A DNA stretch of 63,811 bases, counting the filler, from Octopus bimaculoides (lineage: Eukaryota): assembly GCF_001194135.2 (NCBI RefSeq). It is 7 parts of 7 records of this genome, joined end to end, with 100 filler letters (N's around TTAATTAATTAA, not from the genome) between each part and the next. Parts side by side here need not be neighbours in the genome. Positions count along the whole stretch, not along the records: positions 42,892 to 53,778 come from NC_068982.1; positions 53,879 to 57,458 come from NC_068983.1; positions 57,559 to 60,904 come from NC_068997.1; positions 61,005 to 63,811 come from NW_026419772.1; 3 more parts are not named here. One strand, given 5' to 3'. The position numbers and the translations under genes are program-made. How positions within the stretch are numbered: the stretch's first letter is position 1; each line of letters opens with the position of its first letter. This document shows positions 53,706 through 63,811 of this stretch, one piece after another. The notes below the pieces were generated by a model, which searched no databases, was not told the origin of the DNA, and was given only the letters and a program-made list of their open reading frames with translations.

Positions 53706-55210
53706 CTATGTCGGCTCCGTAAGTTTTGCCTTTTTATGTTTTAAAAAGTTTGTTTGTAAAGTTTATTTTATATAGAAANNNNNNNNNNNNNNNNNNNNNN
53801 NNNNNNNNNNNNNNNNNNNNNNTTAATTAATTAANNNNNNNNNNNNNNNNNNNNNNNNNNNNNNNNNNNNNNNNNNNNGTCTAATCATTAAAACATTGGG
53901 TAATCTTTGGATATGAGAACACACGACTGTCACTTACAAACCACTTATAAACCACCGCGTGTGTTTATTTACATTTTTAAAGATGATCGTCGGTTTCCGT
54001 AAAAATTTCTTATTTTTTTAATATGGGGTTGGGTGGAAAGGGGATCTTTTGAAGTCGGCGTGAAAGCGAAAGAGACAGAGAGAGCGCGATTGTATGAGTG
54101 AAGTTCTTTTGAAGTTGGCGTGAAGTGGAAGAATTGATTTGTGTGTGTGTGTGTGTGTTTGATGGGGTGTGCGAGACAGAATGTGTGGTGTGTATGTGAA
54201 TTGCTTTTGCGTGTGAAGAGACAGATGGTGTGTGTGTGTGTGAGAGAGAGATAACTGAAATTTTTTATTCACTTTTTGTAGTGAGAGAAAGAAGTTATGT
54301 ATATATGTATGTATGAATGGTTTCAGTGACACACACACACACACGCACGCAGGTTGTTATGTATGTATGTATGTGTGTATGTATATATACATAGATGTAT
54401 GTATCTATGTAGGGCCCGAGAGAGAGTTAACTGAAATTTTTTAATTCACTTTTTGTAGTTAGTGAATGTGTGAGTGACTGACAGAGAAAAGGAGAGAGAG
54501 GTTATGTATGTATGTATGTATATATACACACACATATATATACATATGCGTGTGTGTGTGTGTGTGTGTGTNNNNNNNNNNNNNNNNNNNNNNNNNNNNN
54601 NNNNNNNNNNNNNNNNNNNNNNNNNNNNNNNNNNNNNNNNNNNNNNNNNNNNNNNNNNNNNNNNNNNNNNNNNNNNNNNNNNNNNNNNNNNNNNNNNNNN
54701 NNNNNNNNNNNNNNNNNNNNNNNNNNNNNNNNNNNNNNNNNNNNNNNNNNNNNNNNNNNNNNNNNNNNNNNNNNNNNNNNNNNNNNNNNNNNNNNNNNNN
54801 NNNNNNNNNNNNNNNNNNNNNNNNNNNNNNNNNNNNNNNNNNNNNNNNNNNNNNNNNNNNNNNNNNNNNNNNNNNNNNNNNNNNNNNNNNNNNNNNNNNN
54901 NNNNNNNNNNNNNNNNNNNNNNNNNNNNNNNNNNNNNNNNNNNNNNNNNNNNNNNNNNNNNNNNNNNNNNNNNNNNNNNNNNNNNNNNNNNNNNNNNNNN
55001 NNNNNNNNNNNNNNNNNNNNNNNNNNNNNNNNNNNNNNNNNNNNNNNNNNNNNNNNNNNNNNNNNNNNAATAATAAGGGTGACAAATTGAATATCAATTT
55101 GATTAATATTAATTTAAAACCAGTGGCCTAGCAAATTGAGAAATCTGAAGATTTAGAAAAGATTTATATTACAAACATATAAGAGTGATGACCACTTAGT
55201 GGTCATCCCT

Positions 55211-55250
<40 letters not shown>

Positions 55251-55296
55251 TATATATACATATGCGTGTGTGTGTGTGTGTGTGTGTATACAATGG

Positions 55297-55445
55297 GCAT
55301 CCTTCAACTTTTGTTAACCAAATTCACTCACAAAGCTTTGGTAGGCCTGGGGCTATAGTAGAAGACACTTGCTGAAAGTGTTACACAATGGGACTGAACC
55401 AGGAACTATGTAGTTAATAAGCAAACTTCTTACCACACAGTCACA
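55297..55445 (-). mobile_element. Family A SINE, 5' half
   Basis: GGGCTATAGTAGAAGACACTTGC..GGACTGAACC..CTTACCACACAG. Confidence 0.75.
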
Positions 55446-55907
55446 CCACATATATACATATATATATCTATGTATTATTTTGAGTTGACTGTAATGTCAG
55501 GTTTGCCTGTGGAGCTATTTCAACTGGTTGAGCAAAGCATTAATGTGAAGCTTGAAGTCTGTTCTCCTTTTTGGTAGTATAAATATAACTACTTTCATAT
55601 CACACCCTACCATCTTGACAAAGAGAAAGACTTTTTGAATAAAGTAGTTCTAGATACACTGAGTAGCATTCGGAATGTCTTTGATCATAAATCTGATGGA
55701 TCAGGAAAAAACTGGTGATTATAACTGATAGCAGTTCAAATTGAGCCATCAAATGTAGCTCACTCAATCCAAATCTAAATTTAAACTGTGTCAGAATACT
55801 TCAAAGAACTGCTATCTTTGAATTGAAGAGAAACTTGGTGAATGCTTTTGAAGATTTATCAAATCATTAAAATATATTAATAGAAATAAACAAAGGATCC
55901 TGTACTT

Positions 55908-56055
55908 CAGTCATGGGCAAATTGCAATCCTCAGGACTTTCTGAAAGGTATGCATAATGAAGAATTACCTTGACCTTTTTTTTAATAGTGTGGTTTTCCT
56001 GATGATGATCTGTATTTCATATGGCCCACATCTCTATAAAGGTTGCCCATGCCTG
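55908..56055. mobile_element. hAT-type MITE
   Basis: TIRs CAGTCATGGGCAA and TTGCCCATGCCTG; 8-bp TSD CTGTACTT / CTCTACTT (7/8 match). Confidence 0.75.
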
Positions 56056-57099
56056 CTCTACTTGGTTGCTCAGTTTGCTAGAAGTAGCAACCAAATCTTC
56101 TTCAAATCCCACTTTACCATCTTTTAAAAAGCTATTTAGAAGTACTTATTTAATAATTTAGTTCTAAATACTCTTGAAAATGATGGAATAGTCAAGGCTG
56201 GAATATCTTTGATTATGACTTTGTTTAATCACAACTAGATCATAGCTAAACAACAACAACAACAACAAAATCATTAATCTATTTTTCTTTAATTTCAAAT
56301 ATTATGGACCCAAATGGAATTATCTTTGTAAGTTGTCTCCCTACCATAACATTTGAAGGTTACTCTGATGAATTATATTTTCTGTCTATCTATGTTAGTT
56401 AGAATTATCTCTTTAAAGCTAATCTTTTTAGACTGATTTTGTTTTTGTTCAAATCTGTAATGTGAACTAGCTTTACTACAGCTGGCTCAGTCTTGTAAAC
56501 AACTGAATAATTGGAAACTTGTCAGTGGCCATAGTATCTGATTTCTCTCGTATCATATTTATAACTGATGGCATAGTACGATGCCACATGAAGTGATAAC
56601 AGATGAAGAAAATGATTTCCTTCTTAAATAACATTTCAAACACTTCATCACTGTTGTTTTAATAATATTCAGCTGATGTGAAAAGCAAATTATACTTCAT
56701 TGGGGTCAACAATAATATGTCATGTTCTTGTTTCTGTTTTAATTATTGTGCATATCATAGTGGGGGAAAAACTGTGATATAAATTTCTCTGCAAACTTCC
56801 ACCTATTATATAATCACCCCCAAGGGACATAAGACATTTTAAATATTCACATTTCAAATATGAACTTAAATAATTATTTCCACTTCATAGCTATAGAATC
56901 TGATCCAAATTTATGACTTTTAAAATTGTCCAAATAAATTTGTAAGAGTTTAGTATTTCAAAGAAACAATACTGACACCGTACACTCACTATGAGTAAAA
57001 TATTTTAAATAGACTAGACTTAACGAACTGTATATCTTATTAAATATAATTAAAACAAATAGAATTACAAAGAAATATCTATTGACTAAAAGGCTACAT

Positions 57100-57240
57100 C
57101 AGTGGTTTCCAACCTTTTTCTTTTTATCTATGGATGCCTTTGATTACAATTTTATTCTGGTGGAGCCCCATAGCAAGTCGATGTTTGACCCTTTAGCGTT
57201 CAGATTATTTTGTCAAATGCAAAGCTTATTTATTCATATT
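57100..57240. mobile_element. Nested left ends of a hAT/Charlie-like element (57100) and the piggyBac-type MITE (57189)
   Basis: CAGTGGTTTCCAACCTTTTT at 57100; TTGA then CCCTTTAGCGTTCAGATTATTTTGTCAAAT at 57189, the same end as 10811. Confidence 0.55.
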
Positions 57241-57458
57241 CATCATCATCATCATCATCGTTTAACGTCCGCTTTCCATGCTAGCATGGGTTGGACGATT
57301 TGACTGAGGACTGGTGAAACCGGATGGCAACACCAGGCTCCAGTCTGATTTGGCAGAGTTTCTACAGCTGGATGCCCTTCCTAACGCCAACCACTCAGAG
57401 AGTGTAGTGGGTGCTTTTACGTGTCACCCGCACGAAAACGGCCACGCTCGAAATGGTG
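57241..57458 (-). mobile_element. Family D copy, young, extends into a gap
   Basis: Matches 2793-2951 in reverse complement and carries about 55 bp more 5' sequence. Confidence 0.85.
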
Positions 57459-57558
57459 NNNNNNNNNNNNNNNNNNNNNNNNNNNNNNNNNNNNNNNNNN
57501 NNTTAATTAATTAANNNNNNNNNNNNNNNNNNNNNNNNNNNNNNNNNNNNNNNNNNNN

Positions 57559-57613
<55 letters not shown>

Positions 57614-57639
57614 ATATATATACATGTATATACACACAA

Positions 57640-57800
57640 CGGGCTTCTTTTAGTTTCCGTCTACCAAGTCCACTCACATGACTTTGAGCTGCCCGGGGCT
57701 GTAGTAGAAGACACTTGCACAAGGTTCCACGCAGTGGAAATGAATCTGGAACCATGTGGTTGGAAAGTTAGCTTCTTAGCACACAGCCACATCTGCGCCT
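57640..57800 (-). mobile_element. Family A SINE, 5' half
   Basis: ACGGGCTTCTTTTAGTTTCCGTCTACC..GGCTGTAGTAGAAGACACTTGC..CACACAGCCAC. Confidence 0.75.
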
Positions 57801-59653
57801 ATTATTATTTAGTTTTCGAAAACTACGGAGTGATTGACATCTACATGCTGATATAGTTTCGTTTAGTACAGAGTATAACATCAGAATTACAATCTGAACG
57901 AGACCTAGAAATTTTAATAAGTAAATGGAACATTGTCTTACATCAGCATAACTTAGGTATTGATAAACGTTAACATTAATAACGGAACAAGACACTACTG
58001 TAGAACCCGTTCTATTGCTGAGCTTACTGAACGAATGGCTAAAGAAGTGAGGGCTTTTCCAATTTTGTTATATTTAGAATTATTCGTGGGGAAGAATCGA
58101 TACTAAAAATGTAGAAACTGCCTGAGTATCTATGTTTGTGGTATACATTTTCAAATGCGCACGCACACCCACACATGAACATAGGCGCTTAGGATATATG
58201 AAACTAAATGTAATGTAATTGGCTTTCTATATAATGTTCTGCTTACAAAAGTTATGTCCCTTGGAAATGGGTATAAACAACCTTGATTTTTGTGAACAAA
58301 ATGCGTAATGATCTCTCACTCTCACCTTCTTTCTCACTATCTTTCTTCCACCTCACTCTTTCCCTCACATAGACAAACACGTCGCTTCAAGCTAAATCTC
58401 ATATTCGGATTAATATAGTTAAAATTTGTTATGTTTTTAAAATGCATTATATCTTGTTTACAAAAGTTGTTTCCCTTATGATAGGGCTTTTCTTATTTTT
58501 TATTTGGAAAAATATGGATTTTCATTTATATTTATTTCAATTATACTGAAAGATCTTGCGTGGTGAATTACGTTGAAATGAAACGAGATCACTGTTACGC
58601 ACTAAATTTCATTAAGTTAAACTTGAAGCGGGACGTGAGGAAAAAGGTAACTGCTATGCTTTGAATAACATGAAAATAATGTAGAAATTAGTTTTGAATA
58701 AAGCTACACTTAAAACTTCCAACAACGTTCCGTATTGGTCACACACCTTTTACAGAATGGAAGATAATGGAAAATTTGAGCGTGAGCAATGCATTCTAAT
58801 TGATTATCACTTAATTTTCACTGTGAGAATTTTTTACTTGTATTTTAGTATCCAAGTCAAATACACACACACGCGTGCGCACATGCACAAACGCACATTC
58901 ATTGTATACGGTGTGTTTTATTTACGCACACATCTAAATGTTTATACTACCCCTGTCAATGAAATGTAATGTATGTATGTATGTATGTATGTATGTATGT
59001 ATGTATGTATGTATGTATCTATCTATCTATCTATCTGAGTGTGTATGTATGTATGAATATGCGTGTGTGTGTGCGTGCGTGCGTGTATGTGTCTGTGTGC
59101 GCGTGCGCGTGCATTTATATATGTGGGGCGTAAGCGTGGCTGTGTAGTAAAACGCTTGCTTCCCTTTAAAGTATAGAGGGGGAAACGATACAGATATAAA
59201 CGATGGGAATTATATCCCTTTGCTGCTGGTCATCGGTTTCCGGCGGTGTCGTCTTCCTTCAGTCACGCCACCTGTCGGTTATGAGGGTAAAAGGTAGGAG
59301 GTTATCCCCCTACTCTCACCAGCAATCAATTTCCAGCAGTGGTGTAATTATCGCTAACACCGCTAGTATCGCTATTATGCGGTTCCCAAAACGCTAAATG
59401 GAATCTCCTGAAATGCAAGCACGACCCGAAAATTTCCGCTCTAGAGTTCAGTATGGTCCCTGGGACGTGCGAGTTTTTCAGGATTTCCATGCGTCCGGCT
59501 ACGCATAACTTGTGGCGTTTCATTGCATTTATGTTTGAGTTTTTGTTGGCGTGTATGTCTCGTGAGAGGTCAATCGCAAGTCAGCAGCTGTAGTGAATGG
59601 TATGTGAACGGGTGGGTGTGGCTGTGTGTGAGTGTGTGTGTGTCTATCTATCG

Positions 59654-59767
<114 letters not shown>

Positions 59768-59958
59768 TTACCTATCTATCTATATAGGGTATGAGAGGTA
59801 TTGGTGTCGAGAAGACCCAAAGCTGTCAGGTAATGCTGAGTAAGTGCTATGGACAGACTATAGTTAAGCTCCAGGTTCGATAATAATACGAATGAGGAGT
59901 CCGACGTAGGTTGTGTATGAGCATGTATTTTGTGATTTCTTTAAATCTCATTCTATTT

Positions 59959-60008
<50 letters not shown>

Positions 60009-60084
60009 GCATGTATAAGGAATTAAAGAAGGAACATGCACACACTTTACATAGTTTTAATATAGTTTTTAATATATCTTGTAT

Positions 60085-60904
60085 TGCGTTTGTCGACCGG
60101 TTTCGCTTTCTCTTATCATGACATTAAAATTTATTTAAGTACGTATTTTCTTAAGAAAAATATTTTTGCCTATGTTGTGTGTGGAGTTTATGAATGAACG
60201 ATTCAGCAATTAGAAAATTCTAAGGGGAGATTATTGGTGATCGTTATTATTGTGGAGAGGGAAGATAATTGTTCATCTTTCGGTTCAGGGATACATATAC
60301 ACAAAAATTCAAAACTAGAGTAGTGGGGAGAAATATGTTCAGTGATGAGTATGTAATCGTGAATTAGAATATGTATAGAGATCAAAGTTGGTTATGTCTG
60401 CATATTTAGATGTGTTCTGTACTTTTCGATGAAACATTTCCTTATTTAAACGTTCTTGTAAAGAAATTGCATCTTTGCACTGGTAGAAGAGGAAAACTGT
60501 GAAATTTGGTTTGATGTAACCTGCACATCTCTCTATGTGTTCACTTAAAGGAATTTGTCTGTATTGCGGGAACCGGATCTGCTCTTTATGTAGGGTGGTT
60601 CTCCGTCTCAATGTAATACACGTCTGTCCTATATAGTGATGTCCACAACCCGAGCAGGTTATTACATAAATTAGGTTCTCAGAGGCACAACTGAAGTTGG
60701 TTTTAATTGTGAACCTCTCTCCTTGTTTGAAAAGGAAACCCGAGCCTTCAAGTAGGTTGGGGTATGTTCCACAGTTTAGGCGTCCACATTTTTAACCATT
60801 GGTTTCGTAGTTGACGTGTAAAGCTGTGCATTTGTTATATGTTTCTTTGACGACTTGTGTTGGTTTTTGCATTTGAGAAATTTATGTGCTTTCAGGATAT
60901 ATAT
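60085..60904 (-). mobile_element. Penelope-like element 3' portion (Naiad-like) with a well-preserved GIY-YIG domain
   Basis: Stop-free frame of about 150 codons (about 60790-60339): CGRLNCGTY..FSCASENLIYVITCSGCGHHYIGQTCITLRRRTTLHKEQIRFPQYRQIPLSEHIERCA..; hammerhead relic at 60091-60123. Clade assignment is from recall. Confidence 0.85.
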
Positions 60905-61059
60905 NNNNNNNNNNNNNNNNNNNNNNNNNNNNNNNNNNNNNNNNNNNNTTAATTAATTAANNNNNNNNNNNNNNNNNNNNNNNNNNNNNNNNNNNNNNNN
61001 NNNNTTTGTCCCCTCTGTGTGTAGCCCCTTGTGGGCAGTAACGAAATAGGAAACAATAA

Positions 61060-61800
61060 TAGATTTAATTTTAAATTTTTTAATGATAATAATAAATTTA
61101 ATAATATAAATAATAAATACAATAATATCTATAATAAGAACAAACTCTGGCTAATCATTCCATACGGCGTTCAAGTTAAAACTAACATTATTAAAGAATT
61201 TTTTAAAGTTTTTGATATTTTCCTTAGAAATAATAAGAAATATTATAATATATTTTCTACTAAAAATTTTACTACTAATAATGTTGCTAACATTATCTCT
61301 TCTTTTAATAGATTTAAGTTAAATAAGTATTATAAATATAAATTTAATACTTATTCTAATAATAATAATAATAATAATGTGGACCAGGATATAATTAATT
61401 GTACATGTAGAGATAAGACTAAATTTAAAATTTAATAATAAATACAATTTGATGGATGTCGTGTATAAATACATAGTGAATTTAATGGACGGGAATAAAC
61501 ATTATGGTTATAATTTAAATAAGATTTATATAGGATCGACTTCTAATAAAATTAAATTACGAGTGGCTCAATATATGCACTCATTTAAGAATAGAAATTT
61601 GATTAATTCTACTGGCCTTAGTAATATATATTTGGGAACTTAAATCTAAAAATATTAACTACATTTTAAAATGGGAGATAGTTTGTAAGGCGAAATCCTA
61701 TCGTATAGGTAATAATTTTTGTAATTTATGTACTAATGAATTTAAGGAGATATTATTTAATAATTATAATACTTTAATTAATTCTTTTGATGAACGAAAA
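61060..61800 (+). pseudogene. Highly AT-drifted Penelope-like element 3' fragment (thumb plus GIY-YIG)
   Basis: KLWLIIPYGVQVKTNIIKEFFK (IWFNPPYSxNVKTNIGKxF), CTCRDK, VVYK..IYIGSTSNKIKLR..HSFKN..NSTGLS, KWEIVCKAKSY..FCNLCTNE; same PLE type as 37164-38307. Confidence 0.8.
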
Positions 61801-61883
61801 ATTAAATGCAGACATAAATTACTTTATTTATATAATAATTTTAGCTAATTGTCTTTTTTATATATATTTGTGTGTGAGTTTAA

Positions 61884-61920
<37 letters not shown>

Positions 61921-63811
61921 TGTATGTGTATATATATGTATGTTGATATATATGTGTGTGTGTATGTGTATATGTGTGTGTGTTTGTTTATACCATTCCT
62001 CCTTTTTACTAAATGTAGTAGTTATAATTTATATTTATTAATTGTGTATTTATTGGTATGTTAATATTTTAGTGAATTTAAGGATTTAATATTATAACGA
62101 CACTACGATTTTTATAAGATTAATAATATAAATATTTTAATGCATTAACTTAATAACAGTATTTTAGCTTATTTCATATATATTATTTAAGTTATGTTTC
62201 TTAGTCTTATTATTTAGAATTTATAATCCCTTAGACTTTAATGTTCATTAAAATGTTTATAATATAGCTAATTGTTTTATTATGATGTAAGTTATTTAAC
62301 GTTTAAATTTTTCATTCATGATTTTATAAATGATACTTTCATTCATGTTTTTATATCTCTTTATTCTATTCTTTTTCTTAACGTAATATCTTCACGCGAC
62401 CTCTTTCTAATAAACGCTTTAGTTCTGGATTTAACGTCTAAATTTTAGTTTAAACTACAGCATCGTAGCGATAAGTATCGTTTTACCTTTGTTAAATGAC
62501 TTTATATCATTGTTTGAAAAAAATATGTATTTTTATTAATTCAATTGACTTTTAAAGATAATTTTAGTCGATACCTTTTTAACACCGTATTAATAGTAGT
62601 AAGTTTATCATCTTAACCTAAACCAAGACATCGATTAGATTAGGTATGAATTTTTTTCCATTAATACTGTTTAATATTTCTTTTTGTTTTATGGGATAAA
62701 TATGTAGTCTTTTTATTTAATTTCTTTGATTATTAGTTTATTTTCTAATAAATGTTTAGTCAATAGTACAACATTTCTAATTTTATTTATACCAAAGTTT
62801 TGATTAGATAAATTTTATATTTCTATTCAATAATCTTGTTAAATGTTTTTTCCTTTATTTAATGGTGATATAATTGCTTTTATATATTAATTTGTACAAA
62901 TTAATTTTTGTTGATTTATATTTTACGTTTATAATTATAATTTTAGTTTAACCTAAAATTTCGTTAAGATAAGATTTGCATATAATATTTCTGTTAGTAT
63001 ATATTGTTTCTTAATATTATTCTTTTGAATCTATAATTATTTAGATTTTAAAGTTCAATTAAATGTTTACAATATAGTTAATTGTTTTATTATGATTTAA
63101 GTTATATAATGTTTAATCTTTCATTCATAATAAAATTTTCATTCATGTTTTTATATCTTTTTATTCTATTCTTTTTTTTTACACAATATTTTCACGAGAC
63201 TTCTTTCTAATAAACGTTTTAGTCTAAAATCTTTTAGTTTAAACTATAGCATCGTTTAGATATGTATTACGTCTATCTTTATTAATTTAACCTAAAACTT
63301 CGTATAAATTGTATTTTAAACGAAAGATTCGATAAAATTAGATTTTGAAAATAATATTTCTGTTAGTTTATATTATAACAAATGTAAATTTAATTATGGA
63401 ACGTTTATAATTTTGATATTTTTAATAATATTTTTCTATCTTGATATAATAAGTATTTTATATACATTCATTTGTTATTTATTTTTTGTTGATATATACA
63501 TTCTTTTATTATTATCATTGTTGTAATTTGACCTGAAGATTAGCTATATTTTTTAATAGGATTGATTTTCGATAGTTCTAATCGATTTAACGATTTTTTC
63601 TATTTGAAAATTTGGTTATGAAACACGAGTAGTCGTTTTATTATCATTATCTTATGATATTTACTTTGTATTATATTATACTTATTTATTGTGCTTTTAC
63701 TTATTAATTTTCTATATGTGACTGTGGATTTTCATCGATGAGTTCATGAACCTTAGTTCTGTTCTCTAAAACTATATATTTATATTTTATACTGTGAAAC
63801 TTAATTTAATT

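Noticed and set aside
62000-63811. Mitochondrial insertion (NUMT)
   Set aside because: No recognisable mitochondrial protein, rRNA or tRNA motifs in either strand by eye.

Overview
No intact protein-coding gene, rRNA, true tRNA gene or CRISPR array could be supported in this window. It is AT-rich, gap-ridden eukaryotic non-coding DNA (intergenic or deep intronic), saturated with microsatellites and transposable-element relics. The repeat families look like those of an octopus genome; this is an inference from pattern recall, not a database match. Nearly all ORFs in the supplied track are translations of simple repeats or N runs. The real coding remnants are all transposon-derived: a DD34D mariner with TIRs (7.2-8.3 kb), a Tc1/TRT-like element (19.8-20.6 kb), RTE, Tx1/L1 and two RLE-type (R4/Dong/NeSL-like) LINE fragments, and four Penelope-like element (PLE) fragments. 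There are also four SINE-like families, labelled A-D here, and several MITEs. The most notable structures are: (1) a PLE-Dong/R4 fusion sitting as one block inside a split (ATT)n tract; (2) an LTR-type Pol II promoter with three 60-bp E-box/CLEAR repeats plus TATA and Inr, pointing at a truncated PLE; (3) a six-unit palindromic GAS-like repeat array; (4) an exon-like insert inside a piggyBac-type MITE; (5) minimal hammerhead relics at PLE 3' ends. I did not find convincing evidence of a wholly new biological system. Boundaries are read by eye and approximate unless TIRs or TSDs are quoted.
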